A DNA stretch of 64,000 nucleotides, taken from positions 32,001 to 96,000 of the IMG/VR virus record IMGVR_UViG_3300007504_000003. The stretch is one strand, 5' to 3'. The stretch's first letter is position 1. Each line of letters opens with the position of its first letter. Source of the DNA: a virus. This document shows positions 19,501 through 28,600 of this stretch, in pieces. The notes beneath the pieces are model-generated. The model saw only the letters and a program-made list of their open reading frames with translations. It searched no databases and was not told the DNA's origin. The translations under genes and the position numbers were made by a program.

Positions 19501-19828
19501 CCAGGCGGAGCATAAGAGCAAGTATGTCACGGTGGTAGAGGCTCCTCCTGGGCGGGACAACCACGATGACCTCTCGGATGCTGTGGTTCGGATGGTGTGG
19601 CTGGCCTCTCAGTCCATCGGAGAAGGTCGGCATCTCGCGACGGGGGGTGGCCCACGTCCAGGTTCGTTGAACAGGCACCCGAATCCCGGATCCCTGTCCC
19701 GAGCACGCCGTAAGGCTCTCCTGGGTGGGAGTTCCCTGAAGCGTATGGATCCCCGTAAGGCGAGGGCGGGGGGGATGAGTCCATATCGGGGGCTGGTGAT
19801 GGTCTCCCACAAGAAAAAGAAGAGGTGA
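16499..19828 (+). CDS. terL: terminase large subunit containing an intein
   Basis: Spliced Walker A GRRSGK/T, Walker B VILDEVAHF, ISSP coupling motif, nuclease GFDFA...D; about 659 aa after splicing. Confidence 0.92.
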   Translation: MSLADLARNVGRTTTTQGREVADIITFIEAPWGLDFKLFPVQRVILKVHYGLALDDNEFDYPLDAPVPEDHPHYDPEVLDHDGYYKHRLVISDWQRKNYQYLTEAGYLRYLHDDGRCNVREVVPGHERREMILSVGRRSGKCLKAGSLVLTSKGVLPIESLGDPEGPEHQPCRITVAQEGRQTTAESAYFYNGGVREIRDLKTYCGFRLGGTPNHRIKVMSPEGFVVWKYLGDVEEGDFVAIHRGTNLWPQEYLDVSPYWSDLGRKDLSLPTHLTEEWGLLLGALVGDGSWTRDRVVELTVACPEFRVEMKALWTRLFGGFKEQGVGHSPKTTRIQFHSLGARQFLHDLGWVYDADRRSKMVPWSVMQSTAPVVRAFLRGLFETDGGMESNGKVVSFCSASERLAHEVQTLLLNLGIVSRIRAKWNKTYERNYYILIVRGLRHRQMFAERVGFVSRRKMEPLWAGLKSSSREGGNSESIPYLREWGSKLLASVPTSKPGQGWSRSDLRGVMGNTIKPSSTEQMTYPRLEKTLAEARRLGADQEIVQHLQEIYDLDYFFDPVVSVEQGEEAVYDLNVPQGSMFVANGMTNHNTTISACIAAYETYKLLLKGDPHRYYGLPHSNVIQLISVATDKDQAGLLYREVAGHFKSCDFFSPYMANNTMSYANFQTPYDIDQYGSYADDPKARSSIKITFRSCVAKGLRGAGNILVILDEVAHFTDAGQSGADEVYQAVTPSTSAYSPKDPADKRLPIGEVEGRIILISSPLGKTGLFYDQYTLGFQPGPSENMICVQAPTWEVNPTIPAHEFEKHYLKDVRVFFTEYGAVFSDRTRGWIENEDDLLACIDPARRPRFRGRSRFPHYLGFDFAMVGDASAVAIGHVEDRNVVVDFVDSIQAGEGQYADVDRLRMEWVADWLKDLSQRFYLVNGMFDQWAGLPLEQALEDRGLTQIRAEHFTAPLSSRIYRNFYNMMQERRVVLYDWPRPVDEHGIEQHCPYIAEMLTLQAEHKSKYVTVVEAPPGRDNHDDLSDAVVRMVWLASQSIGEGRHLATGGGPRPGSLNRHPNPGSLSRARRKALLGGSSLKRMDPRKARAGGMSPYRGLVMVSHKKKKR
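16922..18271 (+). mobile_element. intein with LAGLIDADG homing endonuclease (450 aa) in TerL
   Basis: Starts CLKAGS, ends THN-type NHN/T; LLGALVGDG and FLRGLFETDG motifs. Confidence 0.92.
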
Positions 19829-19833
19829 GGTAG

Positions 19834-20091
19834 ATGCCTGTCCGAACCCCTACCTCGCCCCTGTCTGCTCACCATCGTTTGATGGTGACGATGGTGAAGA
19901 CCAGTCACCGGAAGGCGAAGGTCAGCCCCACGCCGGAAGCCTTGGATAGGGTCTCTCGTGTCTTTCAACGAGCAGGGGGCTCCTGGGAGAGGCTGTACCT
20001 TGGAAGTTCAGAGGACATGACTCTCCTGAAGCGAACACTGAAAGTGGCGGTAAAGTCAGGCGTCTTTACGAAATCACCCTCTTGGTCCTGA
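19834..20091 (+). CDS. hypothetical protein
   Basis: GAGG RBS; between terL and portal. Confidence 0.5.
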   Translation: MPVRTPTSPLSAHHRLMVTMVKTSHRKAKVSPTPEALDRVSRVFQRAGGSWERLYLGSSEDMTLLKRTLKVAVKSGVFTKSPSWS

Positions 20092-20102
20092 ATTGGTGGT
20101 CG

Positions 20103-20426
20103 ATGCCAACACGAAGCCACGCCCGCAATGCCCCGAATGAGCGAGAGAAGCGTCTTCTTGTTCATCTGGTGCGTGCTCAGAGAGAGCTGGACTCCGCTCT
20201 GAGGCTTTGTCGGGAGGCTGCTCGTCGCGATGAAAATCCCGAGCGGAAGAAGGCTTATCGGAGAATGTCCGTGAACCTGATGCGTCTACACAGGCAGGTC
20301 AGTGAGATTCAAGGGACTCATCGGATTCAGGATCCGGTGTCCCCGGCGACCCCTCCCCTGAGTCGGGATGCGTTTTCGAGTCTGGTCCGTGGGGTTCAGG
20401 CAGACCTTGGGGTGACTGATGGCTGA
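20103..20426 (+). CDS. hypothetical helical protein
   Basis: ORF overlapping the portal start. Confidence 0.5.
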   Translation: MPTRSHARNAPNEREKRLLVHLVRAQRELDSALRLCREAARRDENPERKKAYRRMSVNLMRLHRQVSEIQGTHRIQDPVSPATPPLSRDAFSSLVRGVQADLGVTDG

Positions 20427-23400
20427 TGAACCTACGACAGGCTCGGGGTCTCCCCCGGGTAAGCCGCCACGTCGTCTCGCGTCGATGGGTCCGGATCTGT
20501 CTGAGCAGGAGGGAGTCCCGGTGAGTCGAGTGAAAGATCGGAGCAAGGTCCGAGTCGGCAAGCCGAAGAGGCTCGTCCGGGCTTCCTCGATGCGAATGGG
20601 CTACAGCAGCTCAGGGCTCGGGTCGGCCAGCACTGTGGATGCGGCTCACGGGAACTACTACCACCCGGAGCTGAGCACCGATTTTCTGGAGCTGCCCCAG
20701 AGTCAGCAGGAGCAGTGGAACTTTTATCGGCACTTCTACCGGTCTCATCCCTTCGTGGGGCAGGCGCTTGATCTCCATACGGAGTTGCCTCTGTCGAAGG
20801 TCCGGATCTCGCCTCCTAAGGCGAGGAACCGGGATTTGGCGATGGCGGCTTCGCGGTTCTGTACTCGCTGGGCACAACGAATCAAGCTGCTCTCTCGTCT
20901 CAGGGAAATCGTCCACGAGTATCACCTGTTGGGCGTGGTGAACATCTACGCAGAGGATACCTCTCCGGATATGCCGGATGAGGTGCGGTTCCGTTCGGAC
21001 ACGTACCTGGAAGAGACTCCAGATGGAGAACCGCTCCTCAGGACAGAGCGACGGCTCCGGGAGGACGCCAACGAGCGTGCCGTTGCGTGGTTGAAAAAGA
21101 ACTACAAGGGGTGGACAGCCCTGCGGGTTCTTCCACCTGAGCAGGTGGATGTAGAGAGCTTCCCTTTCACTGATGAGAAGCTGTTTAGTCTCCGCCCAGA
21201 CAAGCGGACTTTGACCCTGGTTGACCGGGCTCGTGGGGGGGATCGTCGAGCACGTCGGGTGTTGGAGTCCATGCCTGTGGAGGTGGTCAAGGCTCTACAG
21301 GATGGGGAGGCTATCCCTCTCAACACGGATCCGGACGCCGGCTCCTTCATCTACCACATGGAGCGAAAGCGGTCGCAGTACGAGAACCGCCCCCACAGCA
21401 TGTTGGAGCGGTGCATCCTCCCAGGCACCCCCATCACGGTTCTTCGGAACAACACCATACTTGAAGTACCTGTCGAGCTGGTCAACGTCGAGACCGATCT
21501 CCTGCTCACGCATACCGGAGCCTTTCATAAGGCTGAAGCAGGCTCCCGCCCTGTAGCGGAGGACATTACTGTTCTTTGGCTCGATGGCGAAGACCGTCCC
21601 CTATGCCTCACCTCAGACCACCCGCTCCTCCGTCTTGACGACGACAGTTCTGAGAAGTGGGTTTACGCCGGGAATCTCAAGGAAGGTGACACCCTCCGAG
21701 AAGCCCACCCGGTCCCTACTTCAGGACACCCTGAAGTCATCGATCTCGCTGCTTGGTGGGAGAATAAGGGCTCGCTTCAGGTTGAGCGTCGAGTTCGGGA
21801 CAACCAGCAAGGTCTGGTTGTTGACACCACCCGTGAAGTTCGGGTAGCCGAAGTCATGGCGGATGAGGAGGGCCTTACGGTCCACTTTGAGCATGACCAG
21901 GACGATGTAGGACGTGTCAGAACCGTCGAGAACGACCGGCGACTTACTCGTTGGCTCAAGTCCCTCAAAGAATCAAAGACGGCGTCCTCGACGGCTGTGG
22001 CCGCCGTTACGGGGCTCACCAAGTCCGAGGTCCAGAACGCTGTCCGTCGTTTCGAGAGAGATGTGCCTGCCTTCCATCGGACAGTCGAGGGGCGAAAGGT
22101 CACTTGGTACCCTCTCCCGGAGACTGCCACCTCCCCAGGCTCAGTCGTCACCAGAACAGAAACCAGCTCTATTCACCAGATCCCGCTCACCCCCGATTTC
22201 ATGTACCTCCTGGGTACATGGTTCGGAGATGGTTGGGCTTGGAAGGCAAAGGGCAAGTTCCTCAACACAGTTTGCCTTGCTTGGTCTATCGATAAGAACG
22301 CCGACAAGCTCCGGTCTCGAATCCGAGACCACCTGGAGACCTTCTTCGGGGCAGATTCCGTGGTCGAGGGCAACCTGTTCTCTGGTTCCGGCTCCTCTAC
22401 AGAGAATCTCCGGGTTGAAGATTCCTTGTTGGCTCGGTGGTTTTACGAGGAGTTCGGAGGATCGGCTCAGACCAAGACAGCCCCCAAGTGGGTGTTCGAC
22501 CTTCCTGAGCAGCACATCTTGTCCTTCCTCCAGGGTCTTCTGGACACCGATGGTTTCTGTCGAGCAGGCCGGGTCTCGACTGCTCTGGTTCAACTGGACA
22601 ACGAGACTCTCATCCGTCAGGTCCATCTGCTATGCAGCCGAGTCGGGATCAAAACACAAGTGAGACCTGTTCGCCGGGAAGCCCGCAGTTGGACACGCAC
22701 CTGGGTGACGACGGAAGGGGTTCAGGAGAAGACTTACGACTACGAGCCTAAGACCTTCTGGCAGGTGTCCTGCACCCGACATGAGGATGTTCTCAAGTGG
22801 GTCTCCGGGACCATCAAGGGTGCCGAGGTCAACTGGCCGGAGAGGAACCACTCCTGGGGGAGCCCGTTCCAAGACGGGTGGCTGACCCGGAAGGTCAGGA
22901 AGGTCGAGACCGTCTGGTACGAAGGGCTTGTCCACTCTTTTGACGTTGAAGTAGATTCGAGCCTTGTTGCTCTAAGTGTCTGTATTCACAACTGTATTCG
23001 GACGCTCGTCCACCAGGATAAGTTGCGACAGGCAAATGCTTCTATCGCCTCTCGGCATATGACTCCGGTGAGGATCGTCTGGGCGGAGGATATGGACGCC
23101 GCGGACACGGAGGCTCTTCGCGATCAGGTCGATATGGCTCTCGCGGATCCAGATTTCTCCATCGTGGCGAACTTTGAAATTCGCTGGGAGGAGATGGGGG
23201 GAGGACAGGGGAACCGACTCCTTGAGACCTCCCAAGAGTATGACCGGGCGGATCGGGAGCTGTACGCCGGCCTCAGTGTCACCGAGTCTCTTCTGACAGG
23301 AGAGTCAACCTACTCCGCCGACAGGACGAGCCTGGAGGTTATCAACACCCGATACATGTTCCTTCGGGAGTTCCTTCAGGACTTCGTTCAGGACTGCCTA

Positions 23401-23787
23401 TTTGAGCCCATGTGCCGTCGAATGGGTTTTATCGAAGAGGATGAAGATGGGGAAGAGGTGGTCCTGACTCCGCTTCTGAGCTTCACCCGGTTGGGCATCC
23501 GGGACACTCAGGACACCTTCGACGCCTTCATGAATCTCTACCAGAAGGGTTCACTCCCGGTGGAGACCATCTATGAGTTGCTCAACATCGATCCGGTGAC
23601 CGCGACTGAGAAGCTCAAGGAGGACTCCATGACGCTTCGGGACGCGACCTTCAACGAAGTCTTCCGAGGTCTCTATAGCGAGGTAGCTCGACAGTTGGTT
23701 GAGGGCTCTGACGCCGTGGATAAGATCGCGAAGATTCTGGGGCTGGAGTACGAGAAGCCGAAGGAGGACTCTGGAGGGAGGTTCTAA
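20419..23787 (+). CDS. portal protein containing an intein
   Basis: Follows terL; FYRSHPFVGQALDLHTELPLS helix, acidic C-region; about 595 aa after splicing. Confidence 0.78.
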   Translation: MADEPTTGSGSPPGKPPRRLASMGPDLSEQEGVPVSRVKDRSKVRVGKPKRLVRASSMRMGYSSSGLGSASTVDAAHGNYYHPELSTDFLELPQSQQEQWNFYRHFYRSHPFVGQALDLHTELPLSKVRISPPKARNRDLAMAASRFCTRWAQRIKLLSRLREIVHEYHLLGVVNIYAEDTSPDMPDEVRFRSDTYLEETPDGEPLLRTERRLREDANERAVAWLKKNYKGWTALRVLPPEQVDVESFPFTDEKLFSLRPDKRTLTLVDRARGGDRRARRVLESMPVEVVKALQDGEAIPLNTDPDAGSFIYHMERKRSQYENRPHSMLERCILPGTPITVLRNNTILEVPVELVNVETDLLLTHTGAFHKAEAGSRPVAEDITVLWLDGEDRPLCLTSDHPLLRLDDDSSEKWVYAGNLKEGDTLREAHPVPTSGHPEVIDLAAWWENKGSLQVERRVRDNQQGLVVDTTREVRVAEVMADEEGLTVHFEHDQDDVGRVRTVENDRRLTRWLKSLKESKTASSTAVAAVTGLTKSEVQNAVRRFERDVPAFHRTVEGRKVTWYPLPETATSPGSVVTRTETSSIHQIPLTPDFMYLLGTWFGDGWAWKAKGKFLNTVCLAWSIDKNADKLRSRIRDHLETFFGADSVVEGNLFSGSGSSTENLRVEDSLLARWFYEEFGGSAQTKTAPKWVFDLPEQHILSFLQGLLDTDGFCRAGRVSTALVQLDNETLIRQVHLLCSRVGIKTQVRPVRREARSWTRTWVTTEGVQEKTYDYEPKTFWQVSCTRHEDVLKWVSGTIKGAEVNWPERNHSWGSPFQDGWLTRKVRKVETVWYEGLVHSFDVEVDSSLVALSVCIHNCIRTLVHQDKLRQANASIASRHMTPVRIVWAEDMDAADTEALRDQVDMALADPDFSIVANFEIRWEEMGGGQGNRLLETSQEYDRADRELYAGLSVTESLLTGESTYSADRTSLEVINTRYMFLREFLQDFVQDCLFEPMCRRMGFIEEDEDGEEVVLTPLLSFTRLGIRDTQDTFDAFMNLYQKGSLPVETIYELLNIDPVTATEKLKEDSMTLRDATFNEVFRGLYSEVARQLVEGSDAVDKIAKILGLEYEKPKEDSGGRF
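21412..22992 (+). mobile_element. intein with LAGLIDADG homing endonuclease (527 aa) in portal
   Basis: CILPGT...CIHN/C; YLLGTWFGDG and FLQGLLDTDG. Confidence 0.9.
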
Positions 23788-24080
23788 TCTCCCAGGAAAG
23801 AGAAGACCTCGGAGATCGCTGCCGTCATCTTCTTCCGGCAGCGAAGACAGTCGATTGCGTCGCTGCCGGGGGCTCCCGCGATGAAGTCCTCCAGAATCAC
23901 GTAGGCAGGAGCGGCGTCCGTAAACACGCGGACGTTCCACCTGGAACGGAAGATGAGGCCCGGGTCGGCGGCTACAGCGAGCCAGAAGCTCGCCTCTGAG
24001 ATGAGCTTCTGCCCACAAAGAGCCACGGAGACGCCGCCCTGGGGGTCTTCTTTCATGCAGTGGACGCGCAGCTTAGCCAC
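23784..24080 (-). CDS. hypothetical protein (CxxC)
   Basis: VHC...LCG...CLRC; in minus-strand island. Confidence 0.5.
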   Translation of the reverse strand: MAKLRVHCMKEDPQGGVSVALCGQKLISEASFWLAVAADPGLIFRSRWNVRVFTDAAPAYVILEDFIAGAPGSDAIDCLRCRKKMTAAISEVFSFLGD

Positions 24081-24768
24081 CTTTGCCCCTCCTCAGTAGG
24101 CTCGCCTTGCGGTTGCGTTTCTTTTCGTCCCGGGGAGACAGGACCCGAGGGTAGCCTCTCTTTGAGCAGCCGAGGCGATGGGTCTCTTTGAGGTGGTTCC
24201 ACTTGTCAGTCAAGTACCACTCGTCATCCACAGCGTCCTGGGGAGAGAGCATATCCCAGCCTTCCAGCCGACTGGCGATCTCGATCATCCTCGTGTTTGG
24301 GGATGCGAAGCCGTACCTCTGGTGCCTTGCTTGGCAGCGGTAGACGTACTCCGCTGCCTCTCGGGCTCGGGATTCACCCCACTGGCTCGCGTGGATGATA
24401 TACGCAGCCGCGGTGCTTCGGCTGATGCCGACGTAGCAATGGATCAGCAAGTCCCCTTCTGCGTCCAGGTCCAGACCCTTTCCGAAGTCGAGGAGGGCTC
24501 GGATGTGGTCTTCGGTGGGGCCGAAGAAGGCGGGGACGGGGCCCCCCCAGCCTCCGGAGGCTGAGCGATATTCTACCTCTTGTTCGATATCGTCGAATTC
24601 CAGGCGGAGACGTGGGCCTCCGAAAGACTGGAAGCCGAAGGGGGGGTGTCTGTTGGTTCTCTCCCGGCGGCTGGAGCCGATTGAGACGACGGCACGCAGA
24701 GCAGCCCGGCGACTCTTGGAGTTGAGCCGTCGGGCTGCTTGTGTCCGTCCGCAGATGATCAGGTTCAT
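24073..24768 (-). CDS. CX5R protein-tyrosine/dual-specificity phosphatase-like protein
   Basis: LLIHCYVGISRSTAAA, FDD acid loop, SPNTRM; ATG 24768 overlaps the upstream stop. Confidence 0.85.
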   Translation of the reverse strand: MNLIICGRTQAARRLNSKSRRAALRAVVSIGSSRRERTNRHPPFGFQSFGGPRLRLEFDDIEQEVEYRSASGGWGGPVPAFFGPTEDHIRALLDFGKGLDLDAEGDLLIHCYVGISRSTAAAYIIHASQWGESRAREAAEYVYRCQARHQRYGFASPNTRMIEIASRLEGWDMLSPQDAVDDEWYLTDKWNHLKETHRLGCSKRGYPRVLSPRDEKKRNRKASLLRRGKGG

Positions 24769-24995
24769 GATTCTTTTTGGATCGGGAGTCCTTGGACTCG
24801 GAAGGCGAGCGGGCTTCGTTTTCGGCACTCGGGTCCGATAGCGAAACCCCCGTGGCTGTCCTCACCGTCGTAGTCTTTCGGTACGATGACTTCGTCCAGG
24901 GTGATGTGGACAACCCAATAGGGGCGATCGATCCGAACCGGTTTCTCGCAGAAGAAACACGGCTCGTATCGGTTTGGGTCCCGCGTCCGAGTCAT
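24765..24995 (-). CDS. small zinc-finger-like protein
   Basis: CFFCEK...IGPECRK. Confidence 0.55.
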   Translation of the reverse strand: MTRTRDPNRYEPCFFCEKPVRIDRPYWVVHITLDEVIVPKDYDGEDSHGGFAIGPECRKRSPLAFRVQGLPIQKES

Positions 24996-25495
24996 CAGAA
25001 CAGGTCGTCCAGGTTGGAGGCGGCGGGGTCCACCCGGGGACCGTCCGCCGGGACGGTCACGGTCATGGTGAAGGGCTGGTCGGTGGGGCGACCCTCCATG
25101 TCCCTCATCGCCTTGGCGATGCGAGCCGCGTCGGCGTCCAGGGCGGCCCGGAGGGTCTCCCTCTCCTCCACCGCGGTGATGCGGTTCAGACCCTCGGTCG
25201 CCACCGCGAGGGTGTGCTTGCAGGGGCCCACGTCTGCGCCCCGGATGGCGTCGCGGCAGGTGCAGGTCCAGCGGTAGGCCCCGCGGCCCGTGTGGCGGAC
25301 GGTCTGGTTGTAGGTCCGCTCGCCGTCCTGCGAAGCGGTGGTCGCGGTGACCTCGTAGACCTCGCCCCGACGGTTGCGGCGAGAGTTGAGAGTGTTGACG
25401 GAGAGGGACTCGGCGCGGTCCTTTCGCTTGTCTTCGCCGCTGGCGAAGATGTGGGAGAGGATGCCCTTCAGGGTGTTGCGGGTGATGACGGCCAT
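24995..25495 (-). CDS. SWIM zinc-finger protein
   Basis: WTCTCRD...PCKH; AAGGAG RBS before ATG 25495. Confidence 0.8.
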   Translation of the reverse strand: MAVITRNTLKGILSHIFASGEDKRKDRAESLSVNTLNSRRNRRGEVYEVTATTASQDGERTYNQTVRHTGRGAYRWTCTCRDAIRGADVGPCKHTLAVATEGLNRITAVEERETLRAALDADAARIAKAMRDMEGRPTDQPFTMTVTVPADGPRVDPAASNLDDLF

Positions 25496-25565
25496 GATGC
25501 TCTCCGCTCCTTGAGTTCTGTTGATGTATACGCCCACCCCCGAAAAAGTTACCGCTTTTTTCCGG

Positions 25566-25578
25566 TATAATTTTTATG
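25566..25578 (+). promoter_or_regulatory. putative late promoter motif TA-N6-YTAT
   Basis: GTATAATTTTTAT upstream of 25603. Confidence 0.5.
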
Positions 25579-25602
25579 GTTGGGGCGGGGTGAGGAACCT
25601 CG

Positions 25603-28600
25603 ATGAATCAGCATGTTCAGGTCGCTGCGGAGCTTCGCCGTCGCATGGGGAGTCTGGTGTATACCAGCTCGGGTGTGTTGTATGTCCTGACACCCGAGAC
25701 GCTGGCTCAGTTGTCTGAGGGTGACCAATGGGTCGGGCTGGTGTCTTCGGACGATCTGGAGGGGGCTCACCGGCTTGTAGAGCACTGCGGCGGGGGTGTA
25801 CTCCGGGAGCCTTCGTCGGGGACCTATGCGGTAGAGACCGTTGCCAAGTGGGGTCGTGTAGGGGCTCAGGTCGGGACTGATACCGCCGCGGTCTGGGCGA
25901 TTGCTCCGGAGCAGCTCCATCATTTTATCGAAGATGAGGGGCTCGCTGGCCTGGATTGGCAGGTGTGGGCGAATCGCTGGGAGGATCTGGAGTCGTCCTG
26001 GCGTGCTCATGGCGGCGCCGTCTTTCATACGGGTGGGGACGGGGGGTTTGAGGTTGAGGTTGAGGGAGCGGTGCGTAGTCTGGGTTTGACTCGCCCCTAC
26101 GGTACCCCGCAGTACCGGGAGGCTGGCTGGTGGGCGATCACTCCAGAGGACCCTGGAATCAACCCGCCGCCCGTGGATAAGGGCGGCCTCATGAACGCGG
26201 TCCCTGGCGTCGATCCTGATGAAGGGGCGTTGTATAACGGGGACGGCCCAGCGGACATGATGGAGGCAGTCCTCGATGAGATCGACATGATCTATCGAGA
26301 GGCGTGGGGTCGTGGGGCCACCGTGGCGGAGATGGATGCCGTCTGGGAGTTTATCTTTCGCGGGTACCGGAAGGGAGCGAAGGCGTCGGGCTGGAATGTC
26401 TGGGTAGACAAGGCGGTCGAGTTGACCGGCGTTCCAATGAAGGTTCTCCTCCTTTGTCTGGACGAGTCGAGGACTCGGGACGCTGTTCGCCTTTGGCGTG
26501 AGGGGTCTGAGCGCGGGGACTTTACGGGGTTCGGGGAACATATCAAGGCGTGTGTCAGTCTCGCCTGGGATGATTCTTCTTTCATGATGGAGCAGCTTCC
26601 AGCGAAGCCGGATTCGGTCAAGTTACTCCTGGCTCGCCAGTACCGGCAGGCGTTTGATGAGGAGCGTTTGACGGAAGCTGGTAAGGCGATCGAAGGGTTC
26701 TCTCTCGGGATGGCTCTGGCAATCACGCAGGGGTTTGTGAGCACCCACCCGTTCTTCGACCTGGGGGAGATCCGACGATTCATCCAGATCCGGAAGAAGT
26801 ACCACGGGGTGTTTACGGCAGCCGCCGCTGTGCTGGCGGAGTATTTCGGGGACGCCCCTCGATTCCAAGCCGCTATCCCGGGTCTCAGGCGGATCTCTAT
26901 CATGCCCCCGGCTCAGGTTCGGGGAGCCTTGTCCGCGGGCGTTCAGGCATTCCGGTCGCTAGGTCGTGTTCGGGTGTCGGACCTCCCCGGGTACGAGTAC
27001 CAGTCTCCTCCGCGATTGGTAGTTCAGTCCTTCGTCGCGATTCACCGAGCCTTGCGGCTCTCGGGTCTTGAGGAGCGGGGGGACTACTACCGGGCATTCT
27101 CGGACCTGGAGACCCTTCTGGACGTCTTCCTCCGGAGTCGTTCGACTCCCGCCCCCGTGAAGACTCTCTTCCGTAAGCTGAAGCTGCTGGGCATCCCCAG
27201 GGACAGCGCAGACGTGCTCCACTTCGACGCAGACCCCGGGGCTTGGTTTGACCTGACTTCGGACCAGAGAGCGGGAATCCGTAGAGAGGTTCTCGGCCTC
27301 CAAGATGAGCTGTCCTCGTTGTTCACTCGGGACATGGACGTGGAAGAGCGTTCTGCGGAAGCAAAGCGGCTGATGGGGGCGTTGTCGCAGATTCAGGCCC
27401 GAGCCGGCATCCACCTTGCTCATCTCATGGAAGAGGACCAACCTCCTCTGGACAAGGTGCTTCGATCCGAGGCTCAGGTGAACCGGGACGGGCCGACAGA
27501 ATACGTCTTGGATTCGTTCAAGAAAGACCTCCTTTCCTCCTGGGAGGAGAGCCCCTCTTTCCGGCCGAAGCTCCTCAGTAAGCGAGAGTTGGGGAAGCTG
27601 TTCACGACGCTGGACAAGGTGAAGACGTTCTCGACGATGGAGCGGGTGATCAAGACTGCGGTTCGTCGTGGTCTGCTCCATAAGACCGCTCTGGAGACGC
27701 TGACGAGCAAGCTGGATAAGGCTCGTCGAAACAAGGCTCTTCGGGACAATCCTGTCCTGGCCCCTCTCCAGTGGGAGCCGATGACGGAGCAAGAGTTTGT
27801 CGCGGCTCATGATGCGGGAGGCGTTGATTTCCGAGGAGATGCTTGGACTGAGGAGCAGAAGGCAGAGGTGCTGGGCCGGGCGAGCCGGGCGATTGTGGAC
27901 TTGGAGGGCGTCTTCGGGAAGGGGTTCTGCGGCAGGCACGCCAGGAAGTTGATGTTCCGGTTCCACGAGGGCTCCGGGACGGGGTCGGGAGCCCTCGCTC
28001 ATTACTTCGGGTGGGAGGATCGGAATCGCTGGCAGCCTCGGGTGAGCTTCGGGGAGGATTTCGACGGGCTATTAGCCCACGAGCTGTCTCATTACTTTGA
28101 AGACCTCCTGGCCTTCCGGATTGAGAAGGCGACCAACCCGGACATGCCAGAGTACCAGTATGGGGACGTAGCCCATGGCTGGGGAGACCTCTTCGGGAGG
28201 ACGGGGACCTCTCTCCGTCAGTTTGTGGAGAGGTCGGGCAATAGCACGATGGGGAAGGCTCTTCAGGAGCACTTCCCGGAGTTCTTGGAGCTGATGGCGA
28301 CGGTGGTGTCCACGCCCGATTATGCTCGGTGGGAGGACAAGATCGGCGGTGCCCTCAGTGACGCTCTCTATGAGGCGATCACTGAGGTGACGGGTCAGAG
28401 CCCCTATGCCGAGGGCAACGAGCAAGCTCGTGGTTGGATGGATGCTCAGTACCAGTCAGACCTCCCTCCGGAGGTACTGGAGGCAGCCAAGCGGAGGGCG
28501 ATTCGGCTACGGGATGGGGATCCGCGGAAGCTTACCTACTACCACTCCTCCCCAGAGTGCTGGGCTCGGCTCTGCGAGCAGTATGTCTACACGAAATTGG

